Shown: piece after piece, positions 13,641 to 25,815 of the stretch
Layout: every line of letters begins with the position of its first letter
Numbering within the stretch: the stretch's first letter is position 1
From: Octopus vulgaris
Taxonomy: Eukaryota
DNA: 64,000 nucleotides
Direction of reading: 5' to 3'
Assembly: GCA_951406725.2 (NCBI GenBank)
Contig: OX597816.1
Location: 165,540,001 to 165,604,000 of the forward strand
Position numbers and translations under genes: made by a program
The notes under the pieces: generated by a model
Told to the model about the DNA's origin: nothing
What the model saw: the letters and a program-made list of their open reading frames with translations, nothing else
Databases searched by the model: none

Positions 13641-14454
13641 AATACCAAATACGTATTTAGAATAGTTGTAATATTGATTCTTGGTTTGTAACTAAAATAA
13701 GCCACTGCAACACTTCAGCTTGTAGATTAGTGTCATTAGAAAAATAAACAAACAAATAAATATATAAATAAACCTCAAACAAACTAATTGCTAGAAATTT
13801 AATTAACATTTGGAACTATTTTTACCAAAATTACAAGAATTTCTAATTCGAGGTAAGAATATTTTTACTGAAAACGTGTTTAGACAATATAACAAAAGCA
13901 GATATTTAAAGACAGGACTGATTGCAATCAACCTTGTCATTCATCATTATTCTAATTAGCAGTCAATAATACTAAGAGTTCAAATAATCAGTTCATCACT
14001 TGTGTGTCATTGTGTTAATTATATCTTTAATTGTGGAAAATGAAGTGACAGAATCTAAATGAAAGTGAAAACATGAAACCATTTCCAATACATTACGGCT
14101 TTATATTATACACACTCACATCATCATTTAACATCTAACGTCCATGCTGACATGGGTTGGATGGTTCGACAGAGTCTAGTGAGTCGGAGGAACGCACCAG
14201 GCTCCAATGTTTATTGTGGTTTATAACACTGGATGCCCTTTCTAGTGCCAACTGTTTTACACAGTGCACCAAGTACTTTCTGAATGATGCCAGCACTAGT
14301 GAAGGTCACCTTATAGCTTACAAGGCTAAAAGCAGAAACCAACCCCTTTGACTGAGATGAAAGATGGCAATGATTCTAAGCAAGGAGGAGATGATGGAAG
14401 GTGAGAGAAACAGCATGGCAGTGTGGTTAGAAGTTTCGTTTACAACTACATGGC

Positions 14455-14650
14455 TCGTCTGTATCACTAGCGATTTTTTCCCCCGGTCTTCCCTTCTCGG
14501 GATCTTTCCTTCTCCTATGTTTCCGACAAAGAGCTCCGCTCGAAACGTCAAACCCTCCTTCTTCCCTTAGCGTCCAATAATACTTTATTTGTTCCACGTC
14601 CTTGCGTTGTTGTTTTTTTTGTTTTTGTTTTCTTGTTTGGATTAACTTTA
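14455..14650 (+). mobile_element. Penelope-like pseudo-LTR fragment carrying a degenerate minimal hammerhead motif (14519-14553)
   Basis: GTTT-CCGACAA-A-GAGC-TCC-GCTC-GAAAC-GTC-AAAC. Confidence 0.55.
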
Positions 14651-14661
14651 TATATATATAT

Positions 14662-14707
<46 letters not shown>

Positions 14708-14739
14708 CTGGTCCTGAAATGGTCCTGGCTTTAAGGGTA

Positions 14740-14920
14740 TCATGAAAGACCTGGTTGAAGGGCCAACCTTCCGAGTTCATTTACAGAACTTAGAAAAACT
14801 GAAGGACCACTGAAATAAGTGTGTGAATCTGAGAGGAGAATATGTTGAATAAAACAATAATTAAATGATTCTCCCATATTTTCTTTTACCCAAAACAGGA
14901 ATTTTCCAGCACCCACTCAT
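14740..14920 (+). mobile_element. Mariner 3' remnant
   Basis: KCVNLRGEYVE* C-terminus followed by a TIR-like caggaattttccagcacccactcata. Confidence 0.7.
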
Positions 14921-16155
14921 ATATATAATGCTAATCTAGGAAAGAAAAACACCCAGTATCTTCTGTAAAGAGATAAGCATCAGGAAAGGCATCTAACCCT
15001 AGAAACTATGCCAAAGCAGATACTGGAGTTCATTACAGTCCTCTGGCCCATCAGATCCTATCAAACCATTCAGCTCATGACAGCATGGAAAATCAACATT
15101 AAATAATGACAAGTGAGACCGCAGCAACGCATGTTCGGCCCTGTAAAGAACACCCTGATGCATTGGGCGATATGATATGCTTAAGAAGACCTGTTGAGTC
15201 AAGTAAAACCAATATTGTAGCTGTGGCCAGTGCCCCCTAACTGGCTTCCGTGCCAGTGGCATGAAAAAGGCACCTACTGATCATGGCCGATGCCAGTACC
15301 CTGACAGGCGACTGTGCTGGTGGCGCGTAAAAAGCACCTACTACACTCTCGGAGTGGTTGGCATTAGGAAGGGCATCCAGCTGTAGAAACACTGCCAGAT
15401 CAGATTGGAGCCTGGTACAGCTGCTGGCTCTCCAGACCTAAGTCAAACTGTCCAACCCATGCCAGCATGGAAAGCAGATGTTAAACGATGATGATGATTA
15501 AGGGTGAATAACTTTTTTCAAAACAAGGGAAATATTGAATTTAACGAGCACTATTTAGTCAAATGTTGAAATGTACCATATGACAAAAAGGGAATTTAGA
15601 GATAGCACATTGCAGATGAAAATTACACCAGAATTTTTCTGAATACAGCAAATATTTTAAATCTGAACATTTGCCAATCACAATGAATATTAAAAAGCTG
15701 ACGGATAAAATACAAGAAATATATAAGAGAGACAAATTTAAGCAAAGAGTTTTTCATGACCACCACAACTGAAATGGATTAACCCTTGAAGATAAGAAGA
15801 ACTGTGAGTAGAGAGGGCAGATAATTAACAAAGTCATGAAAGGAAATGAAAGGACTCTTAAAGAACCTAACTGACTGACCAAACAATTTAATCAAACAAT
15901 TGGTTAAATTGTTAACTAGCTGACTAATAATGGTAGTGAAAGAAGTGAAATAGGACCAGTGTGTGTATTTATAGACATAATGACGCTCCCAAGATACAAC
16001 AAAATCTATCATAACACAATCTTGCAAATCAAATACAAAAATAGGATACTGTAAAGAAATATAGAGAAATAATTAAACAATAATTAATCACTTATCTGAA
16101 TACAGTGATGATAGACAAAGTAGCAGTTGTGTGTTCAGTGTTCAGTTTTTAGCAC

Positions 16156-16190
16156 ACTTACCTAAAAAATAAAAAGAAAATAGAAATTAA
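16156..16190 (-). other. Candidate recursive splice site (ratchet point; zero-length exon AG|GT)
   Basis: Minus strand reads ttaatttctattttctttttattttttAG|GTAAGT: a full acceptor directly abutting a consensus donor, on the same strand as the flanking exons. Confidence 0.6.
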
Positions 16191-17737
16191 AATCATTTCA
16201 GTGATTTTTTTTTTTTTTTCATAACTAAATATTTTTACTTCATCATCATCATTTAACATCCGCCATCAACACTACTACTTTTAATAAAAGCATCAACTCT
16301 CCCTAGATTTCTTTGTCTCTCTCTCTCCCTCTTTTTCTTTCTCTCTTCACCACCGCCCTCACCATCTCTATGCCTACTATTACTCTCACCCAAACATGAG
16401 CAATAGTAGGAGTGTCAATGGCTAGTTAGAGAGGGGGGGTCGAAGTGTGACACACTGACACACAGAAATTAGTTTTCGCATTCATTACATTAGATAAGTT
16501 ACCGAAATATTGCAAAACTTTTGACTGAGCACAATATAAATCAAAATAAATCTATGTCACAACAGAACACTCAGAGCTAAACGTTGGCTCTTAACACTTT
16601 GTGATCTCTTTGAAAGCATTTGTTTCCTCCTTTTTCAATACATAACTGTTAAGATTCATTCTGAACTATTCCCTACGGCATTTGGATGAAATTCCTCAAT
16701 GAAAGAATTATGTTAAAATCAACCAAAATTTGAAGAAAGATCTTGGTTTGTGATTAGTTTGTAAAACAGAGGAAAGTGAGCTGCATGGGCAACGGAATGC
16801 TATTTTCGGATTTCCTATCAAGTTAAAATATACTTAATTAAATTCAAAAATCGACTGCCACTATTTCATGCATAATTCTCAACAGGCTCTCAGGCAGCTT
16901 TAAAAGGTTTCCACTCTCCATTTTGTACATGACAATTTTAATAAGGGAAAAAAAAAAATGACTTTATTCATACACATAGGAATATCGTGCACAGTTCTTG
17001 TTGCCATAGTAGTCTAGTAAGAGCCACTAGTTCGCTGTCAGCTAGTTTAGTTGGGTAGGTGCTTCAAAGAGATTTAGCTTTCAATAGCTCCGTTTCATCA
17101 CAATATACAATGCTATCATGAAATGGAAACATTCAGTACAGGAAGCATCTGCAGTCATTTAAGCAGTAAAAAGATTGCAGCCAAAATCTCCAGCAAATGA
17201 GACATAGCGTTCTTAAAGAAGAAAAGACACTTTCACTTATGTAGTTCTAGATACATAGATACACTATGTCTAAAATCAAGGAAAAGAAAAAAAAATTAAC
17301 AGAAAGATGAAATGGTCACAGCTGGAATGTCTTCAATCATAATTCCTCTGAATGAAGGTTAACATGGATGAAACAGTAACAGCAACAACATCACTAACAT
17401 TGAAATCTTAAATCACACAATACACAAATCACACATCTTACAAAAGGAAAGAAACGAGAGCTAAAATGATGGATGATTTATTTGCTTCCAGCATTTTGAA
17501 GGAGAAATCTCAGTCAAAACTAGCAACAGATTCATGCTGTATCTACAAAGAAGGATATATTTCTCAACAAGAGAAGGCACATGGCTTAGTGGTTACGATA
17601 GTCACTTCACACTCCTAAGGTCAGGAGTTCAATTCCTTGCGGTGCATTACTTAAACAATTACGACTTGTGTACTAATGACTCTTTGACTCATTACTCAAT
17701 CCTGACCTGCTGTATCTGAACTAAGAATTTAAATATT

Positions 17738-18052
17738 CAATTCAATTCAATTCAATTTTTATTGGCTCAAAAAGCAAAAGCAAGGCCATGTAGGACAGTG
17801 AGTTATGTACAGGGAGGGTGGTCATACAAAGAGTTCAGACCATTTCTGGTCAAGAGAGACTTTGAAGCGAGCGGTCGTCGGCATCTTCACTATCTCGTCC
17901 GGCAGTTTATTCTACAGATCTGCAACCCGGAGGGAGAAAGCCCCTCTCCTTCGATTGAGATGAAATTGTCGTAGATAGAGCTTTTCGGAGTGACCCCGCA
18001 GCCCACGTTCTGGAGCAGGAGTGAAGAACAGCTCTTTCGAGAGGTTACACTT
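17738..18052 (-). mobile_element. 5'-truncated CR1-clade LINE (ORF2 C-terminus, 3' UTR, (TTGAA)n tail)
   Basis: Translates ...GLRGHSEKLYLRQFHLNRRRGAFSLRVADL*NKLPDEIVKMPTTARFKVSLDQKW, the typical CR1 ORF2 end; candidate TATT duplication; an empty-site paralog lies at 21235-21394. Confidence 0.85.
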
Positions 18053-19725
18053 TATTTTGTGTTTGCTTTGTTACAGTGACAAGCTTCACCCTGTGAAACT
18101 GAGGAGCAAAGTTCACCGTTAAGCAACGGTAAAATGAGAGTTGTACCTGTATTTCAAAAGGCCAGCCTTGTCATACTCCATGTCATGCTGAATCCTCTTG
18201 AGAACTATGTTAAGGGTACATTTGTCTGTGGAGTGCTGTAACTGACAGAGTGCCAATTATTTTTCAACTGCTTCACATTACACACATGAAAGAGTAAGCT
18301 CCTGCATATTCAAAATTGTACCAAGTACAAAGAAATTTGGTAATATTTGACATTCTAAGAAAGCAGTGGCACAAATTGGTATGGGTAATTATTTATTGAG
18401 GGAAGTCTATCAAGTCCAATTTATGAGGTGCAACAGATTTAACTGAGACACTCAGCACAGTCGAAACACCATGTAGTCTCAAAAGTTCTTACACATGTTA
18501 TGAATACACATCATCTAAAGGATGTTCTCTGATGATGAAAAACAACAGTAATCAGATATTTACATTGAAATCTGCCAGAGTATATTAAGAATGAAAAGAT
18601 ATGTTATTCTTTTGTGAAGTCTTATATTGGAAGAAAATCAATAATGAGTGATAATTGATGCTGTAATTATTGCTTGATTAGAGCAAGAAGTAGGGGTGGG
18701 GAAGTCACAAAGAACTTACATGCAACACATGGGAATAAAAAGAAAACAAAAGAAAGAAAGGAAGAATAAGAGCCAAATCAGTCGACAAGAAAAGAAAAGA
18801 ATTATATCAAATGGCAGAAATCTAATGGTATGAGCGAAAGAAGTTAAAAGATCTGACGAATCTTCATATGAATGAATTACTGGATTCTGTCACGCAAGAC
18901 TGAGAAATGGGTTGTATTGAAAGAAATAACATAGAAACCAGTTAAATATAACAACACAGCCACTGGATGTTGTGTGGTTGTAGATCGCATGCAACACACA
19001 AACACACTGACTCAATGTGGGGCAGAGTAAAAATAGTTGTGATGCAATTAGATGCAACTAATGCAGTGATGCAAACATTGACTGATAATTTGGTTCCAAT
19101 GATGTGAACAACCATCCTTGTTACGAAGAACTAAGCAAGAAGGGAGACGACAAGTAGGGTTGTTTCTCTTTACTTTTTTTTTTCTGCTTTTTTTAAAAAT
19201 TCTTACTGCAGGCTATTCCAATCTATGCTAGTATGTCTAGCAAATGGAATGAAATCGATACTGAAGCAAGTGGTTCAAAAATAAATACATCATGATAACA
19301 ATGTAAACTGAATGTCTTCAGAATAACGGTGCCCTACTTACTGGTTACTACTGGAAAGTAGCATTAAGCTCTTGAAAATCTGAAAGCAATAACCAGCACC
19401 ATTAACCACTGCATGGCAGAATTGCCATATGGTCTCCAGCTAGATCAGAGCAGGACGGAGTTGGAACAAGCGTTCTGCTGATCAAACCAAGCCATTCAAC
19501 CAATTATCAATTTGTCTTAGACAAGGGGCAAGTATGGCTGTGTAGATAAGAACTTCATTTCCCAGTATGTGACTACTGGTTCAGTCCCTCTGTGCAGCGC
19601 CTAGACCAAACGTCTTGTACTGTAGCACTGCAAGTGAATTTGGTCAAAAGAGCCAAAAGGCCAACATGCGTATCAGTGTACACCTGTGACTATATATCTT
19701 TCCTGACACTCCTTTGGTTATGACC

Positions 19726-20198
19726 AGGGTTGTGGAGTCAAAACAAAAGTCATTCTTCGAAGGGGTACAGAACCAGCATGATGCAGCAGGGGTAAATTAG
19801 CATATGCTGTTGGGCCCCGCTGCTGATGTTGGGGGTTGTGTTCTATGTCTTGACCTGAGCATAGGAGAGGGTTCCCCTCTTTGAGCTGGGAAAGGAATGG
19901 AATGCTTGGTGTGTGTCTTGTTGTGGCTACTCCCTCCTATGGGGAATTTAGGCCTTGGTAAAAAAAAAAAAAGGCTATGGAGTAAAATTGGAAGCAAAGG
20001 AGTCCATAAGCAAAAAATTCTTCTACTGTTGGTACCTCTGACTCCTCTTTATGTAATTAAGTGATTGTGGTCTACATATCTCATAAAGCATATGCTTGTA
20101 CTTTGAGTAGGCCTATATGTTATAACTGGTTTATATTAAAGAATAAAGATATTGTGAGTCAGAGTCAGTATTGTTTTATCGACTCCGACTCCAGCAAC
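19726..20198. mobile_element. Degenerate DNA-transposon remnant with GGAGTC/GACTCC termini
   Basis: cagggttgtggagtc ... gactccgactccagcaac inverted ends. Confidence 0.45.
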
Positions 20199-22132
20199 AA
20201 AGTGATTTGGCTGTCTGGATACAAAACAATAAATGCTTTAATGATGTATTCCACTAATCCATGCTTTCAAGGGAAAAATAGATGTTAGAAGCAAATGAAC
20301 ATGATCAACTCATTATTTATATTGGCCTAAATATTCAACTCTTTTATATCCAAACTAACCAGCTCTGACTTCTTACACCCATTCTACAATGTCATTCACT
20401 TGAACAATTACATCATTAAAATCTCAAAATTAGAAGATAATGCATAATTAATTCCAAACAATGCAAATAAATAAACATTACATTTGATAGAAAAAAAAGG
20501 TTTAATCAAAGCTAAGCTACACAGCAGTAACAGTTAAACTATTGACAAGTCCACATTACTTTCATTTTCTCTTGTAACATTACTCAAAACTTATGATTGA
20601 TATCCTTGAGTAAAGTTCCAATATCAAATACCTTGGTTGTCTTTAGCAGAGATCCTTCTGATGTAAGAATAGAGGCTAGGTCTCCATTTTGAGCGCATCT
20701 TCCTCCCCCCACCACCATCACAACCCACTATTATTGGAAGTCCTGTGTAATGGGTCATGAACACTTTCGCCCCTCAAAAAAGAAAAAAAAATATTTTATC
20801 ATTCTTTTCTTAGAAATGTAAAACCTGAGGAGTATTTATATTGTTTGACATGTAGGAAATAGTAGCCAAATTCCTTAGATCACATACTATTGTCTAAAAA
20901 AAGGTCACACTGAATAAGGTCATCCTTGATTTACCATGTCTAAAAGAAAGAAAGACGAAAGCAGTGGCTGGTCATAATTCTGCTGGATCACAATTGATAT
21001 TGTACTAAACAGCCACAACAACCTGAAGCCTATTCAGACATCAGCAATAATGGAGAAACTTTGAAATAAATAATCACAAATTACTGATGTAATGTTATTC
21101 AGTTCCAAACTATTGACACATCTACATTAATATTGAATTCAATATAAATTGTGTAAACTATTGTCAGACAAACACAACACCTTCTTGGCTTCAAGTCCTG
21201 GTGGAACAGAAACAGAATTTCTTGTTTAGATTTGCTTAAACAATTACAACGGCTTGTGTACTAATGACCCTTTGACTCATTACTCAGACCTGACCTGCTC
21301 TATCTGAACTAAGAATTTAAATATTTTGTGTTTACTTTGTTACAGTGACAAGCTTCACCCTGCGAAACTGAGGAGCAAAGTTCACCGTTAAGCAGAAGAA
21401 CAACATTAATGGAAGAGAAATGATGGAAAATCATCCCTGTGTCACAGGTTCAAATCCAGTTATAACATGTAGGTAAGACACTAATGTATGAAACAATTTA
21501 ACAACCCTTTAGAATTCAGATCATTCTGTCAAATGTAATGCTTATCTATTCACAATGCTTTGAATTAATCATGCAAAGACATCGTAGCATTCAAATTTTT
21601 AGGATGTAGTTGCTTATTCTTAAAATGACATTGTAGGATAAGTGTGCAAAGCCAGATCTGGCCAGTTTGAACAGAGAACAGGTTAAATATTCGGGCCGGT
21701 TTAAATAATAAAGGGTTAAAATATGTAAAATGCACCATCTGAATGTGGTTGATGCCAGGTCTGCCTGACTGACCCTCATGCCGGTGGCACATAAAAAGCA
21801 CCATCCAAATGTGGCTAATACTAGTGCCCAGAACTGGCTCCCGTGCCAGCGGCACGTAAAAAGCACTATCTGAATGTGATCGATGCCAGGCCCATGTGAC
21901 TGGTTCCTGTGCCAGTGGTATGTAAAAAGCACCTGCAATACAAATACTCTCCAAGCTTTCCTATCATTAATAAACTCGCTTGCCTCTCTCACTCCAACAC
22001 CTCAAACCACAAAAGCTTTCCTCACTCCATCCATCCACACAAACCGTGTATATTAAAAAACCTTGCTGTATTTTTATAATTAAATATCATTAAGAATTGA
22101 ATTAAATTAAAATACTTTGTGTATTGTGGAAG

Positions 22133-22535
22133 TCATCATCATCATCATCATCGTTTAATGTCTGCTTTCCATGCTAGCATGGGTTGGACGATTTGAGTGA
22201 GGACTGGCGAACCAGATGGTTGCACCAGGCCTCAATCTTGATCTGGCGAAGTTTTTACAGCTGTATACCCATCCTAACGCCAACCACTCCGAGAGTGTAG
22301 TGGGTGCTTTTACATGCCACCAGTACAGGGCCAGTCAGGCAGTACTGGCAATGACCTCACTCGAATCCTTTACACATGTCACCAGCACAGGTGCCAGTAA
22401 GGCGATGCTGGTAATAATCATGCTCAAATGGTGTCTTTTACGTGCCACCAGCACAGAGGCCAGAAAGCCACTCTGGCAATGATCACGCTCGGATGGTGCT
22501 CTTAATACCCAACTAGCACGGGGCTCGAGTGCCAG
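22133..22535 (-). mobile_element. SINE family C copy, inverted relative to the modules at 21725-21937
   Basis: (CAT)n at the left end; reversed body and modules. Confidence 0.8.
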
Positions 22536-23709
22536 TCAGTATAAGTAATTTATTGCACATAAGTTTAAACAAAATTTTATGTGGTCCCCAGTCGAGAGAC
22601 ACTGATTAACATTCTAGAAATGAGGTTATCAGCATAATGACTTGTAAATACACAGATTTCAGTAAAAGAAAAATTATGATCATCATCATCATTTAATGCT
22701 AGCATGGGTGGGGCAGTTTCACAAGAGCCAGCCTGGCAAAAGCTTGCACCAGACTTCTGTGACTGTTTTGGCAGGATTTTTACAGCTGGATGTCCTTCCT
22801 AACACCAACCACTCAGAGTGAAGCTCAACCAAAGCAAAATGAAAACATTTTGACTGTTTTCTCAGATTAGATGTGAAATAAACTATTTTATGTTGAAATA
22901 ATGAGAAAAATCACCTCATTCCCTTGATCTCAATTTCATATTTATTCACAGTACACTGCCCTTGTTGCCCTCAGCATTTTCAAATACTACTGCCTTCATA
23001 TGTATTCACTATTTCTACTGTACCCTCCAACAGTTAATCTCTTAAGACATTTCATCCCCTTTTCAGCATTTGCATAACTTTTTCCATAGCCATGGAGGGA
23101 GAAGCGATAGAGTACTTTAAAAATATAGATATGACCCCTGTCCCTCAAGGTTTTTATGCACTTGCTATTACAAAAGCTACCTATTCCTGCCCTAGACACT
23201 CAGGCTTGAGTTACAAGTAGTAACTTTTTGTAATGCTCATACCTGTCAGTACAACAAACTGTCTGCAGTGTTATTCCTCAGCTCCATGGGTAAGAAACAG
23301 AATAAGGCTGGTGGTAGAGGAAACCCTGCAAAATGACATTTATCACAAAACTAATTATGACTAAGCCATGGTTGGTGAGACCACTTTATGTGTCACCTGT
23401 CGAACAAGTTGTTGTCTGCATTCACATTTGATTATTTTTATCAAAATTATCTCTGGTACTACAAGTATTGTCGTTAATTTTATGTGTGGTATGTGTGTAT
23501 GTAAATGCAGAACTGTTTCAAATGGAAAGGCAGTGTTCAATTCATGTTGTAAAACCATATGTACTTATTAAAGTACATATATACGTATACATGTAATATA
23601 ATCTTATATGTGTGAGTGTGAACATACATCATATGTGTGTATGCGTGCGATTGTACTACATATATATCATACCAGCATGGAAAACAGACGTTAAATAATG
23701 ATGGGAGCT

Positions 23710-24135
23710 TTTATTTTTTTATTTGTTTCAGTTTTGGACTGTGGCCATGCTGGGGCACCACATCGAAAAATTTTAGTCGAATGAATCAACCCCAGTGCAT
23801 GATTTTTTTTTAAGCATGCTATTTATTCTATCAGTCTCTTTTGCCAAACTGCTAAGTTACAGGGAAGTAAGTACACCAACACTAGTTGTCAAGCAGAGGT
23901 GGAGGAGAAACACAAAGACAAACACACACAATGGGCTTCATTCAGTTTCCCTCTACCAAATCCACAAAGCAATAGTAGGAGATGCTTGCCCAAGGTGCTA
24001 CGCAGTCCTTTACCAAATCCACTCCCAAGGCTTTGGATGGCCTGTGGTCATAGTAGAAGATGCTTACCTACAAGGTGGCATGCAGTGGGACTCAACCTGG
24101 AACAAGGTGGTTAGGGAGCAAAACCCTTACCACAG
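23710..24135 (-). mobile_element. SINE family A copy
   Basis: Reverse-oriented tail, body and head motifs. Confidence 0.75.
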
Positions 24136-24662
24136 AGAGAGAGAGAGAGGGAAAGAAAGAAAACAAGCAAGCGAGAAAGACTGTGTTGCTGATTTGAAAT
24201 TTACTACTGACAAATGTCAATACTGAACAGAGCAATTTCAAATATTTAGTTATATACATTACTTTTTTGTTCAGTATGAATTTACAAAAAAAAAAAAAAA
24301 AAAGCAATGTGGTTTAAAAACCTATTTATTTTACTAGAATCTAAAAGTCTTATTGCTTGATATCCTTAATCTCTTTTCGTACATAGTTCTTCTTTGTTGG
24401 TAACCAGCCTATCAATAGGTCAGCTTACCAACTTAACTAGTTTACAATAACCTATTGAAGAGCTGTAACCAAAGGCAGGAGGTGTTCTACTTTCTCACCC
24501 CAGGAATAATTTTATCACAAACTGTCCCCTACCATCTGGTAACCTTAATACTTACTTTACGGTTAGAATTTTATTAAAATGGTTTATTAAAGTAAATGTT
24601 CAGTTTACATAGCAGATTAAGCAGATGCTTAGAATAGGGTAAATGTTTATTATTCATCTTTG

Positions 24663-25010
24663 ATAATAAGAATAATAATGAAATTATTGTATACAGTGCT
24701 CAGGTGCACCACAACTTGTCAGAAGTGTGTATAAAGCATATGCAGTAATGTACAAATGTCTGGGAAGTGAACAGTGTATGAGTCAGATACATGCTTGCAT
24801 GTGTATGGAGGGGAGAAAATCAGGTGTAGTGTTGGCGAATCTCAGGAAGCATGGAAGTTTTGAAGGATGCAGTGCTCCAACAACTAACAACTGATGCTGG
24901 CAGTTTGTTCCATACTTCAGCAACTCTTAGTGTGAAAAAATATTTCCGAAAGTCATGAGAGCTGTGCAGTTTTCTGACTTTGTAAAGATGTCCACGGGTG
25001 TTAGACAGAT
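24663..25010 (-). mobile_element. 5'-truncated CR1-clade LINE fragment
   Basis: NTRGHLYKVRKLHSSHDFRKYFFTLRVAEVWNKLPASVVSC..TASFK motif; (TTA)n tail. Confidence 0.85.
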
Positions 25011-25431
25011 GGAGTTGGCTTTGTTGATGTTGACTTCGTTGACTTTTAAAGTAAAAAATCAAAACAGCAATGTGACAGTAGTAGTGGTGGTGGTGGTGAC
25101 AACTTCAGATCAGAATCTTGACAGAGCAAAACCAACAAAGATGTTGCATACCCCACCATCATCATCCCATCTTCAATGATTTCAGTGTCCACTTTCCCAT
25201 ATTCGCATGGATCAGATGGAATTTGTTGAGGCAGATTTTCCATGGTCTACCTGTCACTAACCCTCACCTGTCTCCAAGCAAAGGAGTATTTCCCCAAGTG
25301 CACACAGGATTTTCATGGAAAACTGGAAACAAATAACATTGCTCATATGATGTCCATGTTTGTTTTACAACTACATGATATCTAGATAAAGTCACAAACA
25401 AACACACTTGTGTGTGTGTGTGTATATATAT

Positions 25432-25815
25432 ATGTGCAGGAGTTGTGTGGTACGTAGCTTGCTTACCAACCACATGGTTCCAGGTTCAGTCCTGCTGCAT
25501 GGCACCTTGGGTAAGTGTCTTCTACTATAGCCTCGGGTCAACCAAAGCCTTGTGAGTGGATTTGGTAGATAGAAAGTGAAAGAAGCCCATCATATATATA
25601 TGTATATATTTGTGTGTCTGTGTTTATCCCCACAACATCGCTTAACAACCAATGTTGATGTGTTTACATCCCCGAAACTTAGCGGTTCAGCAAAAGAGAC
25701 TGATAGAGTAAGTACTAGGCTTACAAAAGAATAAGTCCTGGGGCCGATTCGTTCAACTAAAGGCAGTGCTCCAACATGGATGCAGTCAAATGACTGAAAC
25801 AAATGAAAGAATAAA
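25432..25815 (+). mobile_element. SINE family A, near full length
   Basis: Same head, microsatellite and tail layout as 5722-6115. Confidence 0.85.

Noticed and set aside
17575-17645. tRNA-like sequence (ggcttagtggtta...ggagttcaattcc)
   Set aside because: No complete cloverleaf; it is a SINE head. The same applies to the other A/B-box-like heads.
21725-21937. CRISPR-like repeat/spacer appearance of the GTGCCnGTGGCAC modules
   Set aside because: Eukaryotic context, no cas genes, degenerate repeats that are internal parts of a SINE.
23243-23325. Minus-strand exon-like segment with ttttgcag| and |gtatga
   Set aside because: Stops in all three frames; at most a poison or cryptic exon, with no other support.
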